Virus record (IMG/VR): IMGVR_UViG_3300032222_000151
Location: 1-64,000 of that record
Direction: 5' to 3' (one strand)
Source of the DNA: a virus
Length of the DNA: 64,000 nucleotides
Shown: piece by piece, positions 8,176-17,557 of the stretch
Numbering within the stretch: position 1 is the stretch's first letter
Layout: each line of letters begins with the position of its first letter
Notes under the pieces: generated by a model
What the model was told of the DNA's origin: nothing
What the model saw: only the letters and a program-made list of their open reading frames with translations
The model's database searches: none
Position numbers and translations under genes: made by a program

Positions 8176-8390
8176 TGCCTATCCATGTTCCTATCTATGT
8201 CAATGACAAGTTAATTAAAACATATCATATTGGCAGGATATCTGGTGATACCAACCCAGATTCTATTAATGCTTATTTAATTGTAGAAGATGACCAACTT
8301 TGGCATGTAGGTAAAAAGTTTACTCACAGATACGGAGATAGCATTGAGACTTGCATTACCCTGGGTCTTAGTGCTATGATGGATACATGA
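8175..8390 (+). CDS. hypothetical protein
   Basis: Start MPIHVP after GGAGG SD. Confidence 0.65.
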   Translation: MPIHVPIYVNDKLIKTYHIGRISGDTNPDSINAYLIVEDDQLWHVGKKFTHRYGDSIETCITLGLSAMMDT

Positions 8391-8581
8391 AAATAGGACC
8401 ATATACACTACGCAAACCTTGGGTCAAGTATGTAGACTTAGAGTTAGACATTGAAGAGCAATTGATGAGAGCAGTAATGAACTCAATTAGATCAGATATG
8501 GTGGCAGATATTATATCTCTTGATCTTTGTGATATAGATTGTGATGTGATTCACTACCTTGAAAAAACGGCACGAGCATGA
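8387..8581 (+). CDS. hypothetical protein
   Basis: ATGA overlap; 64 aa. Confidence 0.6.
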   Translation: MKIGPYTLRKPWVKYVDLELDIEEQLMRAVMNSIRSDMVADIISLDLCDIDCDVIHYLEKTARA

Positions 8582-8874
8582 GATACTATACAAAGGGCTG
8601 GTTGAAGGCAGGTGTCTGTGATGGTTGGGGCTTTGCCTTTGAGTTCTACCCAAGAGAAAAGTCATTAAGCATTACGTTTATACATTGGTATGTAATTATT
8701 GAAAGGGATTATAAATGAGACATGATAAAGATTTAACAAGAGGGATTCTCAAAGGTGTAGCATTGACTGCTTTAGTAATACCCCTTATAGGAACTGAATA
8801 CTTAAAAGTGCTTTTTGTATTCCCGATTTGTTGGTTAATCTTTCAGGGTATTTATAACTTAGAAGGAATAGACA

Positions 8875-9063
8875 ATGAGTAGTTCAGCAACAATTTATGT
8901 ATACCAGCGAATAAATATCTGGGAGGCTGATGTGTGGCGTGGAGATGAGAAAATTGGTGGTTGTACAGCACCTACAATGGCTGGTGTATTTGATATTGCT
9001 TATGACATAATTGCAGAAGATGATCCACAGTGGGCTGACTTTAATGCGAATGAGGACTTATGA
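8875..9063 (+). CDS. hypothetical protein
   Basis: 62 aa, coupled to the next gene. Confidence 0.6.
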   Translation: MSSSATIYVYQRINIWEADVWRGDEKIGGCTAPTMAGVFDIAYDIIAEDDPQWADFNANEDL

Positions 9064-9314
9064 CACACGATGAATTGGTAGAAGAGTTGGATAGATGGAT
9101 TAGATTTCTTCATGACAACAACAAGGGAAAGTCTTGGGTAAAGGCAATTCGTTCAGTAGTAGAATTACATAAGCCTGTTATGCAATGGAGTGGTGGGTAT
9201 GATGGAGAAGAAAATCCATTATATGCAGAACAGTGCACTGATTGTTCAGCCAATGGTTTTACACAAGAATACCCTTGCCAAACTATTCAGGCTATTGAGA
9301 AGGAACTTAATTAG
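9060..9314 (+). CDS. MTHDEL/VELHKP/YPCxTIQAIEKEL family metal-binding protein, copy 1
   Basis: VVELHKP...CxxC...YPCQT, a small actinophage-type family; paralog at 9780. Confidence 0.75.
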   Translation: MTHDELVEELDRWIRFLHDNNKGKSWVKAIRSVVELHKPVMQWSGGYDGEENPLYAEQCTDCSANGFTQEYPCQTIQAIEKELN

Positions 9315-9316
9315 TT

Positions 9317-9502
9317 GTGGGTCAGCAATGTGGTGACAAGACTGCATACAGAACTAAATATTATGCAGAAAAAGTACTTGGAATTATGTGGAAGAATGCC
9401 GTTAACACTAAAAAAAGAAGTTTACCTTGCAGGACATATAAATGTAACATTTGTAAAAGATGGCACCTTACAAGTAAGGCTATTGAAAAGGAGTTAGGAT
9501 GA
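9317..9502 (+). CDS. zinc-ribbon protein with AIEKEL tail
   Basis: C..K.AY...RTYKCNICKRWHLTS. Confidence 0.65.
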   Translation: MGQQCGDKTAYRTKYYAEKVLGIMWKNAVNTKKRSLPCRTYKCNICKRWHLTSKAIEKELG

Positions 9503-9780
9503 AAGGCTTTATCAAAGATGAAATACCAAGTAGGTGGGATGAAAATAGGATGACCCACGATGAATTGCCACCACTTTCAACAATAGACCGCAAAGATAAA
9601 TTGATTCTTTGGTTAGCAACATATGTGCTTGAACAGGGCAAATGGAATTATGATGATTTTTATGAATTACTTGAAAGTCACTTTGCGCTTGTATCTACTT
9701 GGCGAAAATTAGAAAACAAACACGCAAAATTACCCGAAGGCTATGAGCCAACAAACACACGCACGATTGAGAGATTCTAA
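9499..9780 (+). CDS. hypothetical protein containing an internal MTHDEL start
   Basis: Alternative start at 9550 matches the paralog N-termini. Confidence 0.6.
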   Translation: MKGFIKDEIPSRWDENRMTHDELPPLSTIDRKDKLILWLATYVLEQGKWNYDDFYELLESHFALVSTWRKLENKHAKLPEGYEPTNTRTIERF

Positions 9781-9989
9781 TGACACACGATGAATTACTG
9801 GCAATATGCGATAACTACTCATTCAAAGATTCTGCCGAACCTGTAAAAGCCCTTCGTGCAGTAGTGGAATTGCATAAGCCAATAACCACGCCAAATAATT
9901 TTAGTTATTGTCCAGAATGTCAGTACGGACACGCAAGAGGGGTTTACCCCTGCCCAACCATTCAGGCTATTGAGAAGGAGTTGTCGTGA
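9780..9989 (+). CDS. MTHDEL/VELHKP/YPCxTIQAIEKEL family protein, copy 2
   Basis: ALRAVVELHKP...CPEC...YPCPTIQAIEKEL. Confidence 0.75.
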   Translation: MTHDELLAICDNYSFKDSAEPVKALRAVVELHKPITTPNNFSYCPECQYGHARGVYPCPTIQAIEKELS

Positions 9990-10213
9990 TACCTCCAATT
10001 GAGTCTATTAGTTTTAATATTGGTAAGCCTAAGCGTAAGAATAGGGGTGAACTTGACTTTACCGTCAAAAAGCAGGGGGAAGAAGTTTGGTTATATTGCA
10101 ATGGATGTAAAGCAAGTTACTCTTATGAAATGTTTAAAAATGATAGAGAACATTTCTTTAAAATACATAGTTTTTATCACAGAAAAGTTGCAGAAGAAAA
10201 AGGTAAAAAATAA
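9986..10213 (+). CDS. hypothetical C2H2-like protein
   Basis: CNGC...H...H; GTG start after AAGGAG. Confidence 0.6.
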   Translation: MIPPIESISFNIGKPKRKNRGELDFTVKKQGEEVWLYCNGCKASYSYEMFKNDREHFFKIHSFYHRKVAEEKGKK

Positions 10214-10461
10214 TGCCTGGTATTGCTCCTGGAATCCCATTTGTTCATGTAAGACCTAATGATGAACCAGATGTTGCCTGTCAATTAGTTGTTCCTCAAG
10301 GATCATCATCTGAAGGTTTAGAGTGTGTCGTTCAGCATACCGTCATAACTAATGGTGGAGAACAGTTAATGTTTGGCTTGCTATGGGCTGGTTTTTTTGC
10401 TATACTTATTGGAGTATTTATCTTAAATGATAAAATAACAGAGACAAGGGGTAGAAAATGA
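10213..10461 (+). CDS. hypothetical membrane protein
   Basis: C-terminal hydrophobic helix. Confidence 0.6.
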   Translation: MPGIAPGIPFVHVRPNDEPDVACQLVVPQGSSSEGLECVVQHTVITNGGEQLMFGLLWAGFFAILIGVFILNDKITETRGRK

Positions 10462-10820
10462 CATACGAATGGTATTCACCACCTATGAGTTATGATGAAA
10501 TGGTTGAAACTCAAGGGGAGATTATTAAAGATTGGACCCTTGGATATTATCAGGGTGATTATGTATACCTGCTAAAAAATGGGGACAAATATGCGTTTAC
10601 TGTTATTGGATATGGATCATGCTCTGGATGTGATGCATTAGAAGGTTGTGGAGACGATGAAGAGTTTAATGAACTAAAAGAAGATATCGTAAACAGTATT
10701 GTTTGGGGAACTAAGCAAGATGTTCTTGACTATGTAACTAATCAGGAAGCAAATCGCTGGTATTTTCATGAAGAAGATTGGGTTGAAATTAGAAAAGAAA
10801 TTAAGGAGATATTAAAGTAA
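10458..10820 (+). CDS. conserved phage hypothetical protein
   Basis: YQGD...YGSCSGCD motif. Confidence 0.75.
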   Translation: MTYEWYSPPMSYDEMVETQGEIIKDWTLGYYQGDYVYLLKNGDKYAFTVIGYGSCSGCDALEGCGDDEEFNELKEDIVNSIVWGTKQDVLDYVTNQEANRWYFHEEDWVEIRKEIKEILK

Positions 10821-11221
10821 TGTCAAAAGTTAATCAGGTAGCAAAAGAAAACAAAGGTAGTCACGATCACTTTAAAGTAAGTGGAGTTAATTCAGGAGTC
10901 TATAATTCTGATGGCAAACTGAATGTATTTGCTGGAGATGTTAATACATGTCCAAAATGTTTAGAGAACTATCCATATGGAAAAAATCACTGGTGCAAAG
11001 ATGGAACTGTAACAGCACCTAATAATATTACTATGGTTCAAGACTGGAGTCCACAAGGACATTCTACTGAGGCTTATTGGCGTAAGCGCATTGCTGAAGA
11101 ACAGAAGATTGATAGGATTCGTGAGTTAGCAACTAAGTTGTTAGATCAGGACTACCGTGGAAATCCACCAACAGAACTTTACATTGCTAAAAAGATTCTT
11201 GATATTTTAGATGGCAACTAA
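10820..11221 (+). CDS. hypothetical protein
   Basis: AAGGAG SD; 133 aa. Confidence 0.6.
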   Translation: MSKVNQVAKENKGSHDHFKVSGVNSGVYNSDGKLNVFAGDVNTCPKCLENYPYGKNHWCKDGTVTAPNNITMVQDWSPQGHSTEAYWRKRIAEEQKIDRIRELATKLLDQDYRGNPPTELYIAKKILDILDGN

Positions 11222-11368
11222 TTTATTTAAACACTGTTGGCACTGGTCAACCCTTTCATACAAAATGCCAGAGGCTATGGAAGAATGCTGTAACTGTGAT
11301 AAAGTTATAGAAGAATATAAAAGGTGGGACGGAACTGATAATGGAAAATGTGAGTGGGAGGTTTATGA

Positions 11369-11746
11369 ATGACACTTGAAGAAGAAATCACGGCACTTAC
11401 TGAAAAATACTACAAGTATGTTAGTTTAGATCATCATAAGGATAGAGATTGTCATTTCTGGATTGAGAAGAAGTGGTCTTATGGCAATCCCCCAACATAT
11501 TCTGCACATCACATTGGGTATGTGGGAAGTGATCTTAATACAAAAGAGTTTGATGAAGAAGAAGATGCAATGATGTGGCTTGCTGATAACCTTAGAAATA
11601 AGATTAAACAGGCTATCAAATATCTTGAAGGTACTGATTACTGGGATAAAGATGATAAGGTTGGATTCCCTAAATATGAACTTATGGGTTTGAATAAAGA
11701 GCAGGCAGATGATATGCTTGAGTTATTGAAATCGGAGGTAAAATGA
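11369..11746 (+). CDS. hypothetical protein
   Basis: DHHKDRDCHFWI motif. Confidence 0.7.
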   Translation: MTLEEEITALTEKYYKYVSLDHHKDRDCHFWIEKKWSYGNPPTYSAHHIGYVGSDLNTKEFDEEEDAMMWLADNLRNKIKQAIKYLEGTDYWDKDDKVGFPKYELMGLNKEQADDMLELLKSEVK

Positions 11747-12033
11747 AAAAGCGTAAAGAAACATATTCAGAGATTACTCCACCAACAGATCTATATCGTG
11801 TTAAGGTAGAAAAAGATTGGCGATATGGTAAGCATGCCATGTTTTGGGAAATTCAAGAATTTAACCAAGAACTATCTAATCGTTATAATGAAGTATATTA
11901 TCAAAGAGCGTGTAAGGGTGGTTTAGTTTATACTAAGTGGGGTTTAAAGTATCAGGTATGGAAAAAGATGCGTAAGATGAGACATGGGGATAGCGTTAAT
12001 TATTTTGACATTAAATTGCAGGGGCTAAAATGA
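11743..12033 (+). CDS. hypothetical protein
   Basis: GGAGG SD, ATGA overlap. Confidence 0.65.
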   Translation: MKKRKETYSEITPPTDLYRVKVEKDWRYGKHAMFWEIQEFNQELSNRYNEVYYQRACKGGLVYTKWGLKYQVWKKMRKMRHGDSVNYFDIKLQGLK

Positions 12034-12151
12034 ACGAAGCGCAATTTGATGAAGAATTTAACCTTGAAGACATTACGAATGCTATAGTTAATCAGGCTAA
12101 GGCTGAAGTTAAATCTAAGTTTGGTAATAAGAAACGACATAGACAGTAGAC

Positions 12152-12180
12152 TTGACATACCGTGTCAAATATGGGATACT
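12152..12180 (+). promoter_or_regulatory. Promoter with palindromic operator over the -35
   Basis: TTGACA-TACCG-TGTCAA inverted repeat; -10 GATACT; ATG 6 nt later. Confidence 0.6.
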
Positions 12181-12186
12181 TAAGTT

Positions 12187-12480
12187 ATGAATGTTTGGAA
12201 AGTAGTTGCAACAGACTCCAACTCTGTACTTAATGCTGAAGCCATTAAGATTCTTCAAAAGTTGGAAGATCACAAAAATAGACTTGAAATAGAAGAATAC
12301 AACAAACTACTTAAAAAGTTGGCTAAAAAGTTTCCTGACTTTAGGTCTCAGATCTATTCACTTAAGATTAGAAATGATAATGATGGAAACATGGAAAAGG
12401 CTGCAAGCCTTAAGGATCTTATGAAACTTTCGCATGCAGAAAGAAAGCATCAGATAAGGCAGGAGTATCCTCGAAAATGA
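12187..12480 (+). CDS. hypothetical protein
   Basis: Leaderless start; 97 aa. Confidence 0.65.
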   Translation: MNVWKVVATDSNSVLNAEAIKILQKLEDHKNRLEIEEYNKLLKKLAKKFPDFRSQIYSLKIRNDNDGNMEKAASLKDLMKLSHAERKHQIRQEYPRK

Positions 12481-12704
12481 TAAAGCAGAATGTCGTTTAT
12501 TGTAAACATTGTGACACTCTAAGAGTCGGAACCCTAAATCTTGAGTGTAGCCTTTGTCATAGCAAAATGAAAGACCTTGGCTATATTGAAACAGTAGAAG
12601 ATGCTATTTGGCTTGGTCAGCAGTATAAAGGTGTTGCGGTTGAGCCAAGTCTTGAGTGGCATAGCCAAAGTTTGCTGAATCCAGATAAAGAGATCACCTG
12701 GTAG
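12477..12704 (+). CDS. hypothetical zinc-ribbon protein
   Basis: CKHC...CSLC. Confidence 0.6.
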   Translation: MIKQNVVYCKHCDTLRVGTLNLECSLCHSKMKDLGYIETVEDAIWLGQQYKGVAVEPSLEWHSQSLLNPDKEITW

Positions 12705-12711
12705 TTAAGAT

Positions 12712-13233
12712 ATGACAACAGACAGATCCTTATGGCACAAAATTTCAAACATAGATAGACAGATTAAGCAGAGTCAGGATGGCAACTGTTCTATTTGTGG
12801 TCCAGTTGGAGTTGGATATGATTCCTATAATAATCAGTTTTACTGTAGAGAAAAAGCAAGTAAGGCATTGGCAAAAAGAAAGGCCGATAACCCAGATTTT
12901 AATAAGTACATACAAAAACAAAAACAAAACCATAGATGGATGTATGTCTATAAGTTAGATCAAGATCAGGTTATTTCTATGTTTCAGGATCAAAATGGTC
13001 AGTGTTGTATATGCTTTTCTTCAATATCCTTAGAGACATCTGCACAAAATGCTGCACACATAGACCATGATCATAACTGTTGTAGCAATAATGCCAGCAG
13101 TAGTTCTCCTCTGTGTGGTAACTGCAACAGAGGATTGCTCTGTAGTAGGTGCAACCTTGCTATTGGAAATTTTAATGATGATATAGACTTGATGAAAAGT
13201 GCAATAGTCTATTTAGAAAAATATATTAGTTGA
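12712..13233 (+). CDS. endonuclease VII-family (HNH) protein
   Basis: QNGQCCIC, HIDHDH, RGLLCSRCNLAIG motifs. Confidence 0.88.
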   Translation: MTTDRSLWHKISNIDRQIKQSQDGNCSICGPVGVGYDSYNNQFYCREKASKALAKRKADNPDFNKYIQKQKQNHRWMYVYKLDQDQVISMFQDQNGQCCICFSSISLETSAQNAAHIDHDHNCCSNNASSSSPLCGNCNRGLLCSRCNLAIGNFNDDIDLMKSAIVYLEKYIS

Positions 13234-13264
13234 CAAACCACAGACTTGCGTGTATAATAAATAT

Positions 13265-13366
13265 ATGATCTGCAAAACCTGCGGTATGAATAAAGAAAAC
13301 ATTGACTACTGGGATAACCATCAAACTATGAGTGATTACAAGGTGTGGTGTGCCAAGAGAGCCTAA
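13265..13366 (+). CDS. small hypothetical protein (33 aa)
   Basis: MICKTCGMNK...; perfect TTGACA(13230)-17-TATAAT promoter, leaderless. Confidence 0.55.
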   Translation: MICKTCGMNKENIDYWDNHQTMSDYKVWCAKRA

Positions 13367-13420
13367 GATTACGAAGATGGACTGGAGAGCCTTGGACCAA
13401 TGCCATGATATACTGAGATT

Positions 13421-14065
13421 ATGTTTACTGATAACCCGAATATAGAGAAAATCCACGAAGGTGTTTACATCTATAGAAACTTTTTAGATAAAAACTTTGT
13501 TGAAAAGATATCTGCAAAGATATTAGAGATAGGTGATGGGGTAGACCTAAAGCATTCTAACAACTGGTATGAGGACAAAGTTTATCAGATGGAAGAAATG
13601 GCAGAATCTTATAAAAAAGCATCTGAACTTCTACTTCCAGAATTGTATATAGTTCCATCTATTATGATACTTATAACAAAACCTGGCGATGAGATGTTTG
13701 TGCATACGGATAGTCCAGAAGAGGATCAGCATGTTGATAGCCCTGATCCATTTGAAACATGTCACATAGTTGACTATGGAATAGTCATATACTATGGTGA
13801 TTGGACTGGCGGAGATGTATTTTATCCAGACCTTGGAATATCCGTATCTCCAAGGCCAGGAGATCTATTAATTCATAAATCACGCAATCCGTATAGTCAT
13901 GGCGTTAGAAAGATAGAGTCTGGAGTTCGTGGGGCACAATCTCTTTTTGCAGTCACAGCAGAAAAAAACCCAGGAACATTTGTTGTTTATGGGTCTAAAG
14001 AGTTTAAGGATATAGAGGAGAGCAATACCCCTCTAGCATGGACAGATGCATTAATAAAAAGATAG
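13421..14065 (+). CDS. 2OG-Fe(II) oxygenase (prolyl 4-hydroxylase-like)
   Basis: HTD...Y.GDWTGGDVFYP...PGDLLIH...HGV...R. Confidence 0.85.
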   Translation: MFTDNPNIEKIHEGVYIYRNFLDKNFVEKISAKILEIGDGVDLKHSNNWYEDKVYQMEEMAESYKKASELLLPELYIVPSIMILITKPGDEMFVHTDSPEEDQHVDSPDPFETCHIVDYGIVIYYGDWTGGDVFYPDLGISVSPRPGDLLIHKSRNPYSHGVRKIESGVRGAQSLFAVTAEKNPGTFVVYGSKEFKDIEESNTPLAWTDALIKR

Positions 14066-14108
14066 TTTAGTTGAGTGCACAAAGATGGCAAGAAAGTATG
14101 GGTAAAAG

Positions 14109-14318
14109 ATGATAACAAAACATCAAAAGACTAATATAGTTCCACTTAGAATTATTGGTAACATCTGTGGAGGCTTTGCTGGGAATCATTTATTTAAGGC
14201 TATGTGTCTTGATGAAGATGAAGACTATGGTTGGCGCTATAGGTACCACGAAAAAATGTGGGTAGTCTTAAATAAACCTTATACTCTATGGGGCACATAC
14301 TATATTTTTGAAAAGTAG
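14109..14318 (+). CDS. hypothetical protein
   Basis: 69 aa ORF ending KPYTLWGTYY. Confidence 0.6.
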   Translation: MITKHQKTNIVPLRIIGNICGGFAGNHLFKAMCLDEDEDYGWRYRYHEKMWVVLNKPYTLWGTYYIFEK

Positions 14319-14323
14319 TGCTT

Positions 14324-14395
14324 GGCTCCATCGTCTATCGGTTAGGACAACGCCCTTTCACGGCGTAAAGACGGGTTCGATTCCCGTTGGGGCTA
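14324..14395 (+). tRNA. tRNA-Glu(TTC)
   Basis: GGCTCCA/TGGGGCT acceptor; ACGCC-CTTTCAC-GGCGT; ACGGG-TTCGATT-CCCGT. Confidence 0.95.
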
Positions 14396-14403
14396 CATTT
14401 TAT

Positions 14404-14442
14404 GGAACAATGCTTGAATCATTGTTTCTTTTGTAGTATAAT
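14404..14442 (+). terminator. Terminator hairpin overlapping the next promoter
   Basis: GGAACAATG/CATTGTTTC plus TTTT; TTGAAT in the loop, 17 nt, TATAAT. Confidence 0.5.
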
Positions 14443-14467
14443 AGAAGACTAGAGAAAAGGATTTTAA

Positions 14468-14911
14468 ATGAACGTATATGAATATGTTTTTAGAGATAGT
14501 GAAGGAAGAGATATCCTGCTTGAAGAGTTTAAGGATAAAAATATCCTTATTGTAAATACGGCAAGCAACTGTGGTTTTACAAGACAGTATAATGACCTAC
14601 AGAGATTGACATCAAGAGAAGATCTTCAGATCATTGCCTTTCCTTGCAACCAGTTTGGAGAACAAGAGCCTGGGACAGACGAAGAAATAAAAGATTTTTG
14701 TGTATCAAATTATGGAGTTTCTTTTCCAATTGCCTTAAAGGTTGATGTTAATGGAGAAAAAGAACACCCACTTTATAGACACCTAAAAGATTCTTCTAAG
14801 AATGGTCAAGACATAGGTTGGAACTTTGAAAAGTTTTTGATAAAAACTGATGGAACTGTAATAAACTTTTTATCAGATGTTAAGCCAGACGACATACTAA
14901 ACCATATCTAA
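14468..14911 (+). CDS. glutathione peroxidase family (Cys-type)
   Basis: VNTASNCGFT, FPCNQF, WNFEKFLI signatures. Confidence 0.93.
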   Translation: MNVYEYVFRDSEGRDILLEEFKDKNILIVNTASNCGFTRQYNDLQRLTSREDLQIIAFPCNQFGEQEPGTDEEIKDFCVSNYGVSFPIALKVDVNGEKEHPLYRHLKDSSKNGQDIGWNFEKFLIKTDGTVINFLSDVKPDDILNHI

Positions 14912-14918
14912 GGAATAC

Positions 14919-15365
14919 ATGAAGCCTACTGCCTATATTTTTGATGTTGATGGAACGCTTGCAAATGTTGATGAGTTTTTGCATTTTATGCGTGGTGGTA
15001 AAAAAGACTACGACTCTTTTCACAGCGCATCAATTAACGCAAAACCAAACCTAGAAGTTCTTTCCATGCTTGACAATGCTATATTAAAAGGTCATGCAAT
15101 TTTAATAGTAACGTCAAGAAAAGAAAAATGGCGTGGCTTAACATCGATGTGGCTTGCAAAAAATAATGCAAGATCTCATGCTCTTTTTATGAGAGATAAC
15201 GACGACAATCGTCCAGACTATGAAGTAAAAAAAGATATACTAAATAAGATTCAGGATTTCTGGGTTGTTGTTCATGCCGTGGATGACAATCCAAATGTTA
15301 TAAGACTGTGGGAAGAGAACAAGATTCCTACAACAAAAATAGGAACATGGGATGGAGTTAAATAA
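14919..15365 (+). CDS. HAD-family phosphatase (PNKP 3'-phosphatase-like)
   Basis: FDVDGTLA, TSR, MR...RPD..VK, DD motifs. Confidence 0.85.
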   Translation: MKPTAYIFDVDGTLANVDEFLHFMRGGKKDYDSFHSASINAKPNLEVLSMLDNAILKGHAILIVTSRKEKWRGLTSMWLAKNNARSHALFMRDNDDNRPDYEVKKDILNKIQDFWVVVHAVDDNPNVIRLWEENKIPTTKIGTWDGVK

Positions 15366-15550
15366 TGGGAAAATGTGTATGTAGATTTTCAAGCGATGCT
15401 GGAGGAAACTGTGACGGAACTCATAAAATAGTTAAGGCAGTCAGAGAGCAAATTGCAAAAGAAATTGAGCAGATAGAAATAGAAGAATCTGTAACAAATG
15501 CTTTGGGCATGCAGATGTTGGCTGCTAAGGTAGCAAGGAATCAAAAGTGA
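15365..15550 (+). CDS. CDGSH-type iron-sulfur protein
   Basis: CVCRFS.....CDGTH. Confidence 0.7.
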   Translation: MGKCVCRFSSDAGGNCDGTHKIVKAVREQIAKEIEQIEIEESVTNALGMQMLAAKVARNQK

Positions 15551-15700
15551 AAAAGGTTAATGACAAGTCTTCTCAAATTAAGGCAAAGAGGGCCAAGAAG
15601 AAAATAAAAAGATCAAAAGAAAAGATCAAACTATCTAAACATCAAAGGCGTGAGAACAGAATAAGAGAAAAGATTCTTTCAGAATTTCTAGGATCAATTG

Positions 15701-16528
15701 ATGTCTCACAAAAGTAGGTTGGTCACAAGGCTTAACATTAATGGTTTTACTATTAACCCAATTGCAGATAAAAAATTTCTTTTTAATATAATAAAAGGTC
15801 TTACGGAGTATGACGATAAACATTTTTGCGACTATGGTAAAAATGTAATTCATAAAAACTATCTTGGAAATTCTGTTTTTCTTCCCGAAGTTTCTTTGAT
15901 TAACGAAAACGAAAGAACTGGCTTTGTTGGGTTCTGCAGTCTGACCAATGGCTACCTTGTTATTAGAATATTTACTGACACATATCCTGCAACAATTGAT
16001 TTTGATTTAGTGTTAGACGACAAACTTGAAGATATAGACCTAATAATAGACCACCTTTGTGCACCAGCAATTCCAAACGATGGTCTTGGAATGTTTGACT
16101 ATACCTACTCTATCAAAACAGAAAAAATGATTGATAACTCCTTATTTAAAGAAAATAGAGGTGATTCTTCTTATGACTTAAATGATCAAATAAAGTTTTT
16201 AGACGAAGGGAAAACTGAGTGGGAAGTTGTTCTTAATCAATTAAAAACTATTGAATGTTACTATTGCAAAGACAGCGGAACAAACTGGATTTTTATTGAT
16301 GATAATAGCAATGCTCATTTAGACTTTAAGAGCGTAGTTGTTTGTAAAGCCCATATGGACAGAGGAAGAATAAGGGAGTTATCATCAACTCTTGGAAATG
16401 ACGAAGGTAAAGATTTTTATAAGTCAGAAACAGACATTTCATTTTTGCCAAAACATGTAGTGGATGAAGATGGTAATATTCTGTATACAAAGAATTTTCC
16501 AGTTGAAAGAGAGGTGAAGAATGATTAG
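15701..16528 (+). CDS. possible degenerate S-adenosylmethionine decarboxylase-fold protein with C-terminal Zn motif
   Basis: N-terminal half resembles phage SpeD (HK..L, RTGF.G, VIRIF.D..PA.I.FD) but lacks the ETSH cleavage site; C-terminus has CYYC...C..H. Confidence 0.4.
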   Translation: MSHKSRLVTRLNINGFTINPIADKKFLFNIIKGLTEYDDKHFCDYGKNVIHKNYLGNSVFLPEVSLINENERTGFVGFCSLTNGYLVIRIFTDTYPATIDFDLVLDDKLEDIDLIIDHLCAPAIPNDGLGMFDYTYSIKTEKMIDNSLFKENRGDSSYDLNDQIKFLDEGKTEWEVVLNQLKTIECYYCKDSGTNWIFIDDNSNAHLDFKSVVVCKAHMDRGRIRELSSTLGNDEGKDFYKSETDISFLPKHVVDEDGNILYTKNFPVEREVKND

Positions 16529-16611
16529 TGCATTTTTTTTAATTCCAGCAGTAGTCCTTGGATATGTTGTATGTTACTTTGTTATGACATACAGGGTTGA
16601 TCAGTAATAGT

Positions 16612-17307
16612 TTAGTAAGGATCAACAGCGTCAGGTAAACCTGAAGTCACTGGATCGTTCCATTTTGGAGAACACCAAACTTTAGTTCTGTCTTCTTGTG
16701 TTTTAGTACATGAATAATACTCGTCTGTTTTATAATTTGGAAAAGTTCCTGGATTTTTCTCTGTTTTTAATGCAAAGTTAGAGTATGTATATCTTGTTCC
16801 AGATGTTACAATATTAACCCCATGCTCATAATCTTGCAATGCTCCATGAATAACAAGATCTCCTGGCTCAACTGCTATTTCAATTTCAAGTTTTGGGTAG
16901 TAAACTTCTCCACCAGTATAGTCTCCAAAATATACGCAAACTCCGTAATCAAGTACGCAGCATGTAGACCATGTGTCTGGCAATGTCAGATCATCATGAT
17001 GCCCTTCTCCTGGGCTATCCCAGTGTGGTTGCATACTTCCACCCTCTTTAAAATGTAGGACCTGTAGTTGTGGATGCATTACATGTGTTGGATATAAAAC
17101 ATCAGACAGTTTTTCCCAGATTGTAAACATTTCTGGAACATGGTTAATAATTCCGTGGTCAGCAACATCAAATGGATGAGCAAGAGACTCGTTTGTTTTA
17201 TCTTCAAGTATCTTATTAAACTTTTCAACCTCTTCCTGAGTAAGGAAGTTTGGCACATACCAAAGTTTTTCTGCTAACTGCTGGATTCCTGGGGTTTCGT
17301 TTATCAT
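16612..17307 (-). CDS. 2OG-Fe(II) oxygenase (P4H-like), paralog of 13421
   Basis: HWD, GDYTGGEVYYP, PGDLVIH, HGV, R; shares the EKNPGTF tail with 13421. Confidence 0.87.
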   Translation of the reverse strand: MINETPGIQQLAEKLWYVPNFLTQEEVEKFNKILEDKTNESLAHPFDVADHGIINHVPEMFTIWEKLSDVLYPTHVMHPQLQVLHFKEGGSMQPHWDSPGEGHHDDLTLPDTWSTCCVLDYGVCVYFGDYTGGEVYYPKLEIEIAVEPGDLVIHGALQDYEHGVNIVTSGTRYTYSNFALKTEKNPGTFPNYKTDEYYSCTKTQEDRTKVWCSPKWNDPVTSGLPDAVDPY

Positions 17308-17368
17308 ATAGTTATTGTATCATAGATTTACCTATGATATAATTGTTATACGACAGGATTGGGTGAGT

Positions 17369-17557
17369 ATGAGAGAGTCTTATTTCTTTAAAGAATATGA
17401 AAATGACATCATTTTAACAGTAAGAACATTATCACCTGAAAAATGGTTGCTGGTAGATAGAGAAACTGGCCAAGTGTATGTAGGCAATCCTGGAGGGTAC
17501 TGGGACAAGATGGAAAAAAAGACCAAAACCATAGATAAGGATCTAGATCAAAAATGA
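17369..17557 (+). CDS. conserved hypothetical protein
   Basis: T.SPEKWLLVDRETGQVY.G motif. Confidence 0.7.
   Translation: MRESYFFKEYENDIILTVRTLSPEKWLLVDRETGQVYVGNPGGYWDKMEKKTKTIDKDLDQK

Noticed and set aside
5850-13233. HNH (5850) and endonuclease VII (12712) genes as intron-encoded homing elements
   Set aside because: Both are free-standing between intact genes; no interrupted host gene or group I core was recognised.
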